Shown one piece after another: positions 1 through 10,457 of a stretch of 56,039 nucleotides of DNA; within the stretch, counting starts at the first letter, position 1; each line of letters begins with the position of its first letter. Source of the DNA: Nitrospira sp. (GTDB lineage Bacteria > Nitrospirota > Nitrospiria > Nitrospirales > Nitrospiraceae); contig JANDJG010000003.1 in assembly GCA_024331085.1 (NCBI GenBank), positions 1 to 56,039 on the forward strand, written 5' to 3'. Made by a program: the position numbers and the translations under genes. Under the pieces are notes generated by a model, which was not told where the DNA came from, made no database searches, and was given only the letters and a program-made list of their open reading frames with translations.

Positions 1-87
1 AGCGTGGTGTTGATGCTGGCTATGGGAATGCTGGGATTGGTGGCGTGGAAAAGATTTTACGCGGGGGGCGGATCACATGCGTCGTAA
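1..87 (+). CDS. 3' end of a probable PEP-CTERM protein (truncated by window start)
   Basis: Frame 1 reads SVVLMLAMGMLGLVAWKRFYAGGGSHAS*: a hydrophobic helix followed by KR, like a PEP-CTERM tail, overlapping the next PEP-CTERM gene. The PEP motif itself would lie outside the window. Confidence 0.6.
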   Translation, partial: SVVLMLAMGMLGLVAWKRFYAGGGSHAS

Positions 88-790
88 TGCCATGCTGATA
101 AAAGATCGTTCTAGAGGATGGTATCGGTTTGGGCTGGGGCTCGCGTTTGTTGGCGCGATAGGATTTTCGACGGTCACAGAGGCCAACGCCTTGCCGATTG
201 TGTTTGAATTTGGTTTTGGAGGTACGGTTTCGTACAGCGGTGGTGCTAGCCCGTTGGTCACAACGGGCGGAGTCGTGACGGCCGTCAACAATGGAACGAC
301 CAGTTTGTCAATCAACGGAGGGTCGCTCAACTTTTCGACGGGGAATTTCATTGGCGGTGGGTCCTCTCTCACTGGTTTTCAAAACCAGTATGCTGGCGGC
401 GGATCATTGACGATCACCGGCGATGTTGGTGGAGGCTCGACCACGTTGCTATCGGGCGACTTTTCGGGGAACTCTGTTTTTGATTGTTGTTCAGCAAGCG
501 TTTCGTCATTCAGCGGGTTGCTGAATATCTTTACCGTTGATTCATCTCTGGCTTCGGTTTTAGGGTTCAATCTTCCAGCCACAGGAGGATCTATCGCCCA
601 GGTGCAAATTTTCTTTAACGGGTCTGCACCGACTGTCGCGGGGGCTGCATTTTCCGGAATCCAAGGTGGAGGGTCTTTGACCGTGAGTGACAGCGCGGCG
701 GGGGTTCCAGAGCCGGGGGCCCTGCTTTTGCTTGGGCTAGGGTTGCTAGGTGGTGTGGCTTATCGAGCGAAGGTAGAGAAAAAGGCATAA
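77..790 (+). CDS. PEP-CTERM sorting-domain surface protein
   Basis: Signal peptide (..TEANA|LP), Gly/Ser/Thr-rich body, C-terminal VPEP-GALLLLGLGLLGGVAY-RAK. Confidence 0.9.
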   Translation: MRRNAMLIKDRSRGWYRFGLGLAFVGAIGFSTVTEANALPIVFEFGFGGTVSYSGGASPLVTTGGVVTAVNNGTTSLSINGGSLNFSTGNFIGGGSSLTGFQNQYAGGGSLTITGDVGGGSTTLLSGDFSGNSVFDCCSASVSSFSGLLNIFTVDSSLASVLGFNLPATGGSIAQVQIFFNGSAPTVAGAAFSGIQGGGSLTVSDSAAGVPEPGALLLLGLGLLGGVAYRAKVEKKA

Positions 791-829
791 TAGCTGTTAG
801 AAAACTGCGCAATCGCTGATTGAAAATTG

Positions 830-870
830 ACGGGGCTGACCTTCATGAGAAGGTCAGCCCCGTTCTTTTT
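830..870 (+). terminator. Rho-independent terminator
   Basis: Perfect 15-bp stem ACGGGGCTGACCTTC-atga-GAAGGTCAGCCCCGT followed by TCTTTTT, between convergent genes. Confidence 0.9.
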
Positions 871-898
871 GAATGAATATCGAAGAACGGATGGAAAG

Positions 899-3184
899 CT
901 AGAGTTCGGATAAGATTTGCTGAGCTTCTTGAGCGCCGGGGAAATTTTGATCAAGTTTCAACGCGGTTTGCAGCGACTTCTTTGCGCCGTCCCTATCTCC
1001 GTTCTTGTATTGAGCCATGCCCAGGTGGAATTGCACGATAGGGTTTGTCGGGAGCCTTTCGGCAGCCTCCTTCAACAGGCTGATGGCGAGCACGTAGGCG
1101 TTTTTCTTGTAGTAGAGCCAGCCGATCGTATCGGCGATGGCCGGATCGTTCGGCTGTTGTTCCCTCGCCGTTTGGGCATAGTTCAGCGCCACGTCGAGAT
1201 TGCCTCCCTGTTCGACCAACAGCCAGGCGAGATTGTTGGCCGCCGGCGCGAATTTTTGATTCAAGGCGAGGATCTTTTCATAACGTGCCTTGGCTTTTTC
1301 ATATTCGCGTTTTTGTTCGTGGATGACGCCCAACATCATGTGGGCCTGGATGGCTTGTGGTTCCTTGTCCACGACGGCCTGATATTCAGCGGCAGCCTGA
1401 TCCATTTTCTCTGTTTGGTAATACAGTTGCCCAAGGTTCATGTAAGCCGCAAGAAGGGAGTTATCGAGGTCGATCGCCTTCTTAAAAGACCGTTCCGCCT
1501 GGTTCATGTCTCGTGTCGCCAGCCACAGCTCGCCGAGCAAGTTTTCGTGCTGGGCGCTCTGGGGCGCCGCGGCCATCTGACGGAGCAGCCGTTCACGCCC
1601 CTCCACCGGTTTCCCCTGCGCGACTTTGATTGCCGCAATTTGGACGATCGGCTCAATGGCGCTCGGTTTGAGCGACAAGGCTTCCTCGAAATAGGCGATG
1701 GCCTTTGAATCGTTCTTCTCGGCTCGGGCGACAAGACCGAGGCTGTAGGGGACCAGGGCTTCCTTTGGCAGGGCTTTGCCAATTGCTTCGTACACCTGTT
1801 TGCTCTTGGCGAAATCACCCTTGCGGAGATACGCGTTGCCTGCGATAAACGCCGCTTGAACGTTTCGTGGATTCAATTGCACGGCCGCTTGGGCGTGCTC
1901 CAACGCCAAGTCAAACGATCCTTCGTTGAGAAACAGTTCGGCCAAGGCCGTGCGGGCTTCAGGCATGGAGGGATTCAGCTTAACGGCTTGAGTCAATGCT
2001 CCTCGCGCCTGGGCGATCTGGCGGTTTCTCAAGTAAGCGATGCCGAGAAAATAATGGGCCGGCGCAAATTGCGTTTCCTCATTGGCGAGGGTTTGGAAGA
2101 GCGTAACCGCTTCCTCAACCTTGCCTTTGGCCAGTGAGAGCCGGGCATTAAAGAAGCGGCCGGACAGATCACGAGCATTTTTCGCAAGAATGGATTTGAT
2201 TTGCGGTTCCGCCTCATCCGTTTTGCCGAGATCAAGCAGCAGGGCGATCAATTTGTCGCGGGCGATGGCCGACGAAGCATTCACTTGCAAGGCCTGCCGA
2301 TAGCCGGCCAAGGCCTTGTCCCCCATACCCAGTGAAGCAAAGAAATCGCCTAAATGCAGGTGCGGCCGCTCGTCCTGAGGATGGGCCGTGGCCCACTGCT
2401 GTAAGACGGCCTCTGCATCAGTCAACTTGTTGGTCAGTTGATAGAAATTGGCAAGTCTCAAGCGAGCCGGTTCATTGTCCGGCGCGATGCCGATGACTCG
2501 CTTGAACATGGATTCCGCCTGATCGGGTTTGCCGGTTGAAAGGTGAAAGTCTCCCATCGCCAACATGAGGTCGAGGGAGCTGGGATTGGCCGTGAGGCCC
2601 TGGCGGAGAATGTCTTCCGCGGAGGCCCGGTCGTTGGCAAAGAAATAGGCGCGAGACAGTTCGATATACACACCGGGGTCCGTGGGATCGAGAGCCAGCA
2701 GCTTTTTGAGCTCCACGATTCCCTCTTGATAGCGTCTTTCATTGATCAAGCTGCGCCCGCGGATCGCCAGTGCGTCCCGATCTTGGGGAGCGGACGCCAA
2801 GATGAGGTCGGCTTGCTCCCTGGCCTTGGCCGGCTCGTTCCCCACCAAATACAGCTCGCCGATTTTGAGGCGGGCGTCGCGGTTGTCTTTGTTGAGTTCG
2901 AGCGTCCGGCTCAATTCCGCAAAGGCCTTTTGAAGGTTGGCGATGCCGCCGAGTTTCAGATGAATGAGCGCCATTTGATAGTAGGCGTCGGCATTGCCCG
3001 GATCGGCCTTGGTCACGTTCATGTACTCGATCAACGCCTCGTGCAGCTGACCTTTCTCCAGAAAACTCGCGGCCCGTTCGAGGTGTTTGGCTTTCTGGGT
3101 TTCCGGCGAGCCGGAGTTGCACCCCAGCATGACGGCCACAAGAACGAAGGAGAGTTTCCTCAGGGCGCTCGTGCTTCTTATCAT
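899..3184 (-). CDS. TPR-repeat lipoprotein, PrsT-like (PEP-CTERM/exopolysaccharide system)
   Basis: Lipobox VMLG-C, continuous TPRs, C-terminal ANNLAW..DTIGWLYY..FHLGMA pattern; adjacent to PEP-CTERM genes. Confidence 0.85.
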   Translation of the reverse strand: MIRSTSALRKLSFVLVAVMLGCNSGSPETQKAKHLERAASFLEKGQLHEALIEYMNVTKADPGNADAYYQMALIHLKLGGIANLQKAFAELSRTLELNKDNRDARLKIGELYLVGNEPAKAREQADLILASAPQDRDALAIRGRSLINERRYQEGIVELKKLLALDPTDPGVYIELSRAYFFANDRASAEDILRQGLTANPSSLDLMLAMGDFHLSTGKPDQAESMFKRVIGIAPDNEPARLRLANFYQLTNKLTDAEAVLQQWATAHPQDERPHLHLGDFFASLGMGDKALAGYRQALQVNASSAIARDKLIALLLDLGKTDEAEPQIKSILAKNARDLSGRFFNARLSLAKGKVEEAVTLFQTLANEETQFAPAHYFLGIAYLRNRQIAQARGALTQAVKLNPSMPEARTALAELFLNEGSFDLALEHAQAAVQLNPRNVQAAFIAGNAYLRKGDFAKSKQVYEAIGKALPKEALVPYSLGLVARAEKNDSKAIAYFEEALSLKPSAIEPIVQIAAIKVAQGKPVEGRERLLRQMAAAPQSAQHENLLGELWLATRDMNQAERSFKKAIDLDNSLLAAYMNLGQLYYQTEKMDQAAAEYQAVVDKEPQAIQAHMMLGVIHEQKREYEKAKARYEKILALNQKFAPAANNLAWLLVEQGGNLDVALNYAQTAREQQPNDPAIADTIGWLYYKKNAYVLAISLLKEAAERLPTNPIVQFHLGMAQYKNGDRDGAKKSLQTALKLDQNFPGAQEAQQILSEL

Positions 3185-3397
3185 CGAATCTTTCTCATTT
3201 TGTTTGGAAAAAGAAGCGTTTATCCCAGCCTGCTGGCATTATTGAGCCAGGGGGGATTTTAGTCAATGATGATTTGCTTCTTGATCGGATGGCGGTTCGT
3301 GGTTTACTCGAAGTGATTGCGATTTCCCCCGCATTGGTGCATTGTACCGGGCGGTCGTCTCAACGGATCACGCCGCTTGTGCCAAATCGCAGGGACC

Positions 3398-4636
3398 ATG
3401 TCTCGGTTCGTTTTTCTGACCGCCGTCAACTCCTTCCGTGTTCTCCGGCGAAACCGATTGCAGGCCGGTCTGACGATGTTGGGTATTACGGTCGGTGTCG
3501 GCGCCGTTATCATGATCGTCGGAATCGGACAAGGAGCGCGCTCCACGGTCCAGGCTCAAATAGCGAGTATGGGAGCCAATGTGATCCTCATTTTGCCGGG
3601 CGCGACGACGGTGGGAGGCGTGCGGACCGGGCTGGGCGGCGCGGCGACACTGACGGTGGCGGATGCGAGAGAGATCAAAAGTCAGGTGCCGCGGTTACGG
3701 GAGGTGGCATGGATCAAGCGGAAGGGCCTCCAAGTCGTCCGTGGCGGACGAAACTGGAGAGTCAATGTCTACGGAGCTTCTTCCGGATTTTTCTTGGTCC
3801 GACAATGGCCCGCCGAGAGCGGGACGGTGTTCTCGGATGCCGACGTGGAATCCATGAGCCGAGTTGCCGTGCTCGGCCGAACCGTGGTGGAGAATCTGTT
3901 CGATTCCGGGGAGGATCCAGTGGGGGCCATCGTCAGAATAGAGAACGTTCCCTTCCGTGTCATCGGTGTCTTGGCCGCCAAGGGACAATCGGCTGAAGGA
4001 GGGGATCAAGATGACGCGGTGTTCATTCCGTTTTCCACGGCGGAGCGGCAGGTGTTCGGCGTGCAATTCTTCGCCGGTTTAGTCGGAGCTGTTCTGACCG
4101 CCACGGAACGCGAAGAAGACTTGGACGCGGCAGTGAGTGAAATCAGACAGATTTTGCGCCAGCGACATCGCTTGAGCGAGGAATACCCCGATGATTTCAC
4201 CATCAGGAACCAACGGGATATCGCCCAAGTTCAAGAAGAAACCAGCCGGACCATGATGGGCATGTTGCTGGTGGTCGCCTCCGTCTCGCTCCTGGTGGGC
4301 GGAATAGGAATTATGAATATTCTTTTGGTTTCCATTACCCAGCGGACCAGAGAGATCGGAATTCGCATAGCCGTCGGAGCGAAACGGTACCACATTCTTA
4401 TGCAATTTCTCGGCGAAGCTTTGATCTTGAGTCTACTGGGGGGGATCTTGGGGGTCTTAGTCGGCCTTGCCGGCGCTCGTTTTGTGACGCAGATGGCCGG
4501 GTGGCCGACGGCGGTTCCTTTTGACGCCATCGCAATGGCCGTCTTGATCTCGACGGGGACCGGACTCTTCTTCGGGCTGTATCCGGCTCAGAAAGCGGCC
4601 AAGCTGAATCCCATCGAGGCGTTGCGATATGAATGA
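3398..4636 (+). CDS. ABC transporter permease, MacB/FtsX family
   Basis: LTMLGITVGVGAVI, GGIGIMNILLVSITQRTREIGIRIAVGA and GLYPAQKAAKLNPIEALRYE motifs; ATG 3398 chosen for its AGGGA RBS. Confidence 0.9.
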   Translation: MSRFVFLTAVNSFRVLRRNRLQAGLTMLGITVGVGAVIMIVGIGQGARSTVQAQIASMGANVILILPGATTVGGVRTGLGGAATLTVADAREIKSQVPRLREVAWIKRKGLQVVRGGRNWRVNVYGASSGFFLVRQWPAESGTVFSDADVESMSRVAVLGRTVVENLFDSGEDPVGAIVRIENVPFRVIGVLAAKGQSAEGGDQDDAVFIPFSTAERQVFGVQFFAGLVGAVLTATEREEDLDAAVSEIRQILRQRHRLSEEYPDDFTIRNQRDIAQVQEETSRTMMGMLLVVASVSLLVGGIGIMNILLVSITQRTREIGIRIAVGAKRYHILMQFLGEALILSLLGGILGVLVGLAGARFVTQMAGWPTAVPFDAIAMAVLISTGTGLFFGLYPAQKAAKLNPIEALRYE

Positions 4637-4637
4637 G

Positions 4638-5933
4638 CTAGAGCCTCCAGTATTTGATAAAGGAGGGCAGTTCCGTCGGATTGAGGATGCTTTTGACATC
4701 GACGACAACGCCGTATCGGTTGTTACGAAGCAGCCGGAGCAACTCCGCCGGTTTCATGTCTTTGTACGGCTGATGCGCGACGGCGATGACGATGCCGTCG
4801 AGCTCATTCATTCGGCTCCAATCGGCCAGATGAATTCCATATTCGGCAACGGCTTCCTCCGGTTCGGCCATGGGATCGTGGACCAGCACGTTGATTCCAT
4901 ATTCACCCAGCTCTTTCACGATGTCGGGTACCTTGCTGTTGCGCAGGTCCGGCACGTTTTCCTTAAACGTCAGCCCCAGCACTCCCACTCTTAACTCATT
5001 AGCCGGGCGTGGCAGTTGGGAGAGCAACTTGACGGTATGTTCGGCGACGAATTTTCCCATCCCGTTATTGATGCGCCGTCCTGCCAGGATGACCTGCGGA
5101 TGGTAGCCGACCGATTCAGCCTTGGCGGTCAGGTAATAAGGATCGACTCCGATGCAGTGGCCGCCGACCAGTCCGGGAGAAAATTTAAGAAAATTCCACT
5201 TAGTGCCTGCTGCATCCAATACCGATTTGGTGTCAATTCCCAGCCGGTGGAAGATTAGCGCCAGTTCGTTCATCAGGGCGATGTTCAGGTCGCGCTGCGT
5301 GTTCTCGATGACTTTGGCAGCCTCCGCGACTTTGATACTGGGAGCTCGGTGGATGCCCGCCTTGACCACCAGCCCATAGGTTTGAGCCACAACCTCCAAA
5401 GACTCCGCGTCTTGAGCCGCCACCACTTTGATGATCTTTGCGAGAGTGTGTTCTTTGTCGCCGGGATTGATTCGCTCCGGGGAATAGCCGACCTTGAAGT
5501 CCACTCCTCCCTTCATGCCTGACGTCTTTTCTAAAATCGGAAGGCAGATTTCTTCCGTGACGCCAGGATAGACGGTCGATTCGTACACGACGATCGTGCC
5601 CCGCGCCATGTTGGCGCCGATCGTTTCCGAGGACATCCTAAGGGCTTTGAGGTCCGGTTGGAGCGCTTCGTTGATGGGGGTGGGAACGGCGACGATGATG
5701 AAATCGGCTTTCTTCAGGTCCGCCGGTTCGGAGGTGTAGTGCACGCGTGCGGCTTGTAGGTCTTCTTTCGTCACTTCTCCCGTTCGATCGACCCCATTCT
5801 TGAGTTCTTCGACCTTGGATCTGTTGACGTCGAATCCAATGACGGGGGCCAGTTTTCCAAAGGCGACGGCAATGGGTAATCCGACATAACCAAGTCCCAC
5901 GACTGCGATCGACCGGTTCAAATTCTGTGTCAT
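4638..5933 (-). CDS. UDP-N-acetylhexosamine (nucleotide-sugar) dehydrogenase, WbpO/TviB-like
   Basis: GLGYVG Rossmann motif, ESTVYPG, YSPERINPGD, catalytic GGHCIGVDP. Confidence 0.92.
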   Translation of the reverse strand: MTQNLNRSIAVVGLGYVGLPIAVAFGKLAPVIGFDVNRSKVEELKNGVDRTGEVTKEDLQAARVHYTSEPADLKKADFIIVAVPTPINEALQPDLKALRMSSETIGANMARGTIVVYESTVYPGVTEEICLPILEKTSGMKGGVDFKVGYSPERINPGDKEHTLAKIIKVVAAQDAESLEVVAQTYGLVVKAGIHRAPSIKVAEAAKVIENTQRDLNIALMNELALIFHRLGIDTKSVLDAAGTKWNFLKFSPGLVGGHCIGVDPYYLTAKAESVGYHPQVILAGRRINNGMGKFVAEHTVKLLSQLPRPANELRVGVLGLTFKENVPDLRNSKVPDIVKELGEYGINVLVHDPMAEPEEAVAEYGIHLADWSRMNELDGIVIAVAHQPYKDMKPAELLRLLRNNRYGVVVDVKSILNPTELPSFIKYWRL

Positions 5934-6154
5934 CGCGTGAACACCTCCGAATGCGTGGAATGATGAGAGAACACAGGAAACTTACAAAAACCTGTCCCAC
6001 TGTGCCATATGTTTAATGAATCGGCAAGCGTCTGCTCTGTCCGGGAAACATAATTAAGGCAGACAATGGCGCCTTGACGACTCCGGAGGGGAGGAGTATT
6101 CTTCGCGATACGTTCCCGCTGCAATCGCCGTAATAGACTCGCCCTCTATTTCAC

Positions 6155-7453
6155 ATGGAATCGAACGTTTCGGACCAATCTTCCGAATCAATCCGACAAT
6201 CGGCTTCTGAATACATCGTGAAGCTGGTTGCCAAGGCCAAGCAGGCGTCAGGAAAGCTGGCATCTTTATCGACGTCCGTCAAGAATCAGGCGTTGCTTGC
6301 TATGGCGGAGGGGCTTGAAGCCAAAACGGAGGAAGTGCTGGAAGCCAATAATCGCGATCTTGACGCCTTTGGGGATGCCCCGGACAAAAAAGCCATGGCG
6401 GACCGTTTGCGCCTGACGCCGCAGCGGGTTGCGGAGATGGCCGGCGGGATCCGTGAAGTGGCGAAACTGCCCGATCCGGTCGGCGCGATGCCGTCGATGT
6501 GGACGAGGCCCAATGGGATGAAGGTGGGTCGCGTGCGCGTTCCGATCGGCGTGATCGGCATTATCTATGAGTCGCGCCCCAACGTCACGGCGGATTCCGC
6601 GGCTCTCTGCTTGAAATCGGGAAATGTTTGTGTCTTGCGGGGAGGAAGCGAAGCGATCCATTCCAATACGATGATTGCCGCCATCCTTTCCGAAACGGCT
6701 GAAAAAGTCGGGGTACCGTCAGGCGCCATTACCTTTATAGACCGGCCCGATCGCGATTTGGTCCCGGTGTTGCTCAAGCAGGATCGCTTCATCGATTTGA
6801 TCATTCCCAGAGGGGGTGAATCCCTCATGCGATTGATTGCCGAACACTCGACGATCCCAGTGGTCAAACATGACGCGGGGGTATGTCATATCTACGTGGA
6901 TGTGTCGGCGGACATCGAGATGGCCCACGCCATCTGTCTCAATGCCAAGGTACAGCGTCCTTCGACATGTAACGCCATGGAGACTTTGCTGGTTCATCAG
7001 ACCGTCGCTCGGACGTTCTTGCCGAAGCTTGCCCACAGTCTGCTGTCGGCCAAGGTCGAAATTCGCGGATGTCCCAAAACCTGCCAATTGATTCCGGAGG
7101 CGAAGCCGGCAAGCGAAGAGGATTATGGCAAAGAATTTCTCGACCTGGTCTTGGCGGTCAAGGTGGTCAAAAACATCGACGAAGCTATGGATCACATGGC
7201 GCGGTACGGATCGCGGCATACAGAAGCGATCGTCACGTCGGACTATGGGCGAGCCATGCGGTTTCTCAAAGAAGTCGACGCGAGTGCGGTCCTGGTCAAC
7301 GCCTCCACCCGCTTGAACGACGGGTACCAATTCGGTCTCGGGGCCGAGATCGGGATCAGCACGTCCCGCATCCATGCCAGGGGCCCGATGGGCCTGGAAG
7401 AATTGACCTGCTTCAAATTTATCGTGCTGGGGAGCGGCCAGCTCCGCACGTGA
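6155..7453 (+). CDS. proA: Gamma-glutamyl phosphate reductase
   Basis: VPIGVIGIIYESRPNVT, CNAMETLLVH, NASTR..DG..FGLGAEIGIST. Confidence 0.97.
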   Translation: MESNVSDQSSESIRQSASEYIVKLVAKAKQASGKLASLSTSVKNQALLAMAEGLEAKTEEVLEANNRDLDAFGDAPDKKAMADRLRLTPQRVAEMAGGIREVAKLPDPVGAMPSMWTRPNGMKVGRVRVPIGVIGIIYESRPNVTADSAALCLKSGNVCVLRGGSEAIHSNTMIAAILSETAEKVGVPSGAITFIDRPDRDLVPVLLKQDRFIDLIIPRGGESLMRLIAEHSTIPVVKHDAGVCHIYVDVSADIEMAHAICLNAKVQRPSTCNAMETLLVHQTVARTFLPKLAHSLLSAKVEIRGCPKTCQLIPEAKPASEEDYGKEFLDLVLAVKVVKNIDEAMDHMARYGSRHTEAIVTSDYGRAMRFLKEVDASAVLVNASTRLNDGYQFGLGAEIGISTSRIHARGPMGLEELTCFKFIVLGSGQLRT

Positions 7454-9226
7454 ATGTCGTCCGATCCGGTCTCCTTCGCTCTAGAGAATCCTGACCATCT
7501 CTGCTTTCCATCCACGCGGTCGCTTGCCGAGCACTTTCAAGTCGACGGAGGACGGGTGGCCGTTCGTCCGACGGGGCACTTGGTTTTTTACCGCCCCGAC
7601 GGCCGGCGGTTTTTGGCGACGGATCCCGCCGGTCATCCGCTGCATGAGTGCGAATGGCGCTCGAACGATGACGGAACCGTCGGGCTTGCCAGGGCGCGCA
7701 TTCGGCTTGATTGGGGGCGATGGATCGGGCTTCTTCCCGGTGGCTTGGTGAATGAAACGAGCCTGGATCTCGCTCGAAAGCCCGGTTGGGATCGGCTTGT
7801 GCCGGATGATTTGCGCGCCATGGCGGCCCGCACGCTGGGGGTATCGATCGAGGAAATTCGGGCATTTTATGACGATGAAGATCTCAGCATCGACGCGCGG
7901 GGGATTGCGACCATCCGCCACAGAAAAGACGCCCTCTATGTGTTGGACGATGGGACGTTTGCATCGGCTCGCTTCATGGCCTGTATGGGAGCCATGCACT
8001 GGGACCGGATTGATTTTCTTCCCGTCGTTGAGCTCTTTCAGTCGCTGTTGCCGGGAACCGGCTCGGCGGTCTTTGAATTGATTCGCGGGCTCTATGATGA
8101 TCAGAACGAAGGGACGCAAAACCCTCCTCCGCTCCGTTACCGGGGTATTCCGACCTATCCGTCCAAAGCGGCCTGGCTCTTGTTCTCCAGATTTTTTGTG
8201 CCTCATGCGCCGATGGGAGCGGATGCGGCCGCTATCTTTATGGACCAAGTTCGCGCCCATGAGATTACATGGACTCCGGCGCCGGACCCCCCGGTCCGAT
8301 ATTTTTATGACCGACCGCCGTTGTGTCTGACAGTGCAGGGGACAAGTATCGAGAAAGCCACGCTGGCGGACGATGAATCGGGATTATCCTACGTGAATCC
8401 GGCCGGGCATCGTGCTGCTCCATGGGATCGAACCGTCACGGCGCAGAATGGGATCATTGAAATGTGCGATCGACAAGATCGCAGGCAGATTGCAGTCGGC
8501 ATCCCGGGAGTCGCTTTATCGCCCTCGGGAACCGCACCGCCTTCCAGTCCGGTCGATTGGCGGACCGTCTTTCACCCGGTGATGCCCGCAATTGATCCGA
8601 ACGCGGCGTTCGGATCGGTTCCGTTATATCCACAAGACGAAGCTCCGATCGAGGAAGTCGCCGCCCAACCCTTTGTGGCCGACTATCTGCAAGACTTGAC
8701 GGAGCAAGACCGCGAGATTGCGAAAATTGTCGCTCTGGCCGATCGTATCTTGGTTGATAACGGTGATGCCGTCATCGCCACCTGTCTTCCATTTGACCGG
8801 CCGCGCGATCTGGTCGCCCTGGTCCGCCGGCCGGCTTTTGCCATGAAGCAAGCCCAGCGGATGTGGGCCCTGTGCGCGGAACTCGGACGTTGGGATTGGT
8901 TGCGCCGGGCAAGATTTTGCACGAGAGGCGAGCCGGTTCCTGTTGAATGGCAGGCCGATCTCGCCTATGTGTGGCTGCCCTACGAGGACTTCGAAGAGCC
9001 GGCCGCTCTGGAGCGCAGCACGGCGTTGCTGAGCCATCGTGTAAGACGGGGAGGCGATGCGTTTGTCACGGGACCGGCATACTACGGACGCGAGCTGGCA
9101 CGAGCCGGTTTTCAGATTTTGTGGGAAGAGGCCGTGGAGCGGTTACCCACCTTTGCCATGCACAAGACCATTCTCCCTAAAGCGACGTTGCTTCCTGGGC
9201 TGACGCTCTTTCACGTTCACTGCTAA
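7454..9226 (+). CDS. Hypothetical protein (590 aa)
   Basis: Long ORF starting directly after the proA stop (TGA-ATG); no family recognised with confidence. Confidence 0.8.
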   Translation: MSSDPVSFALENPDHLCFPSTRSLAEHFQVDGGRVAVRPTGHLVFYRPDGRRFLATDPAGHPLHECEWRSNDDGTVGLARARIRLDWGRWIGLLPGGLVNETSLDLARKPGWDRLVPDDLRAMAARTLGVSIEEIRAFYDDEDLSIDARGIATIRHRKDALYVLDDGTFASARFMACMGAMHWDRIDFLPVVELFQSLLPGTGSAVFELIRGLYDDQNEGTQNPPPLRYRGIPTYPSKAAWLLFSRFFVPHAPMGADAAAIFMDQVRAHEITWTPAPDPPVRYFYDRPPLCLTVQGTSIEKATLADDESGLSYVNPAGHRAAPWDRTVTAQNGIIEMCDRQDRRQIAVGIPGVALSPSGTAPPSSPVDWRTVFHPVMPAIDPNAAFGSVPLYPQDEAPIEEVAAQPFVADYLQDLTEQDREIAKIVALADRILVDNGDAVIATCLPFDRPRDLVALVRRPAFAMKQAQRMWALCAELGRWDWLRRARFCTRGEPVPVEWQADLAYVWLPYEDFEEPAALERSTALLSHRVRRGGDAFVTGPAYYGRELARAGFQILWEEAVERLPTFAMHKTILPKATLLPGLTLFHVHC

Positions 9227-9296
9227 ATCGTGTTGAGATGGCATCGTCCCGACCGTGTCGAGAAGATGCGGGTGAGGCGGGTCATGAGAATTTGAG

Positions 9297-10430
9297 TTAC
9301 GCAGTGAGGTAGTGTCTTGGGATACGTGGTCCGATTGAACAAAGAACTTCGTAGGGAATGGTCTCGGCCCATTGTGCGAGGTCATGAGCGGTGATCCGTT
9401 CGTCTCCCTGGCGGCCGATGAGTACCGCTTCGTCGCCGACCGTGACCCCCGGGATGGTTGTGACGTCGACCATGATCATATCCATGCAGACCAGTCCCAC
9501 GATCGGCGCTCGATGTTCCCGAATCAGGACGAATCCGCGATTCGAGAGACGGCGGTGGATGCCGTCCGCATAGCCGATCGGCAACACGGCGATGGTCGTG
9601 TTCCGTCGTGCCGTAAAGGTGCCGTTGTAGCCGACCTTCTGCCCGGGCAAAATGGTACGGAGTTGCGCGACGGTCGTTTGCAGGGACAGTACCGGCTTTA
9701 AGTCCGGCACGGCGACGGAACTCGGCAGCGTGTGATAGCCGTACAGCATAATGCCGGGCCGAACGAGCGAAAAGCAGGCCTCAGGGAAACGGATTGCCCC
9801 GCCGCTGTTGGCCGCATGGATAAGCGGTACTTTGAATCCGCTTGTGGTGACGATGTCGATGGCATCTCGAAATCGGGCCAGTTGTTCCCGTGTCATGTCC
9901 GTGGAGGGACCGTCGGTGTCGGCCAAATGTGTCATGAGGCCTTCCAATCGGAGGGGAGGAGGAAACCGACGGCCGCCGAAGAGATCAGCAAGTTCTTGCT
10001 GCGATAGTCCCAGCCGTCCCATACCGGTTTCCACTTTGAGATGAATCGGATACGGTGCTGGAAACGACGAGGCCGCCTGCGCCAGAACCGGCAACACCGC
10101 GATGTCGCTCACGACGGGGGTGAGCCGATGAGCCAACAGGTCTCCGACCTGTTCGTGGAACAGGGGGCCGAGCACGACGATCGGCTGGGTGATGCCGGCG
10201 TGACGCAGGACGATGCCTTCTTCGATCGAGACGACGGCGACAGAGGACACGCCGTGACGTATCAGCGTCCTGGCCGTTTCCACCGCGCCGTGACCGTAGG
10301 CGTCGGCTTTGATCACCGCCATCATGCTGCAACCGGCAGGGAGACGATTCCGGAATTGAGTCAGATTGTGAGTCAGGGCGGTCAGATCGACGGTTGCGGA
10401 GGTTGGGAGGAATGTCGAAGGAGTGGGCAC
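9297..10430 (-). CDS. alr: Alanine racemase
   Basis: AVIKADAYGHG PLP-lysine motif, HLKVETGMGRLG, PIGYADG, VCMD. Confidence 0.97.
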   Translation of the reverse strand: MPTPSTFLPTSATVDLTALTHNLTQFRNRLPAGCSMMAVIKADAYGHGAVETARTLIRHGVSSVAVVSIEEGIVLRHAGITQPIVVLGPLFHEQVGDLLAHRLTPVVSDIAVLPVLAQAASSFPAPYPIHLKVETGMGRLGLSQQELADLFGGRRFPPPLRLEGLMTHLADTDGPSTDMTREQLARFRDAIDIVTTSGFKVPLIHAANSGGAIRFPEACFSLVRPGIMLYGYHTLPSSVAVPDLKPVLSLQTTVAQLRTILPGQKVGYNGTFTARRNTTIAVLPIGYADGIHRRLSNRGFVLIREHRAPIVGLVCMDMIMVDVTTIPGVTVGDEAVLIGRQGDERITAHDLAQWAETIPYEVLCSIGPRIPRHYLTA

Positions 10431-10457
10431 GCGTGAAAGAAGCCGGAAATCCGACGG

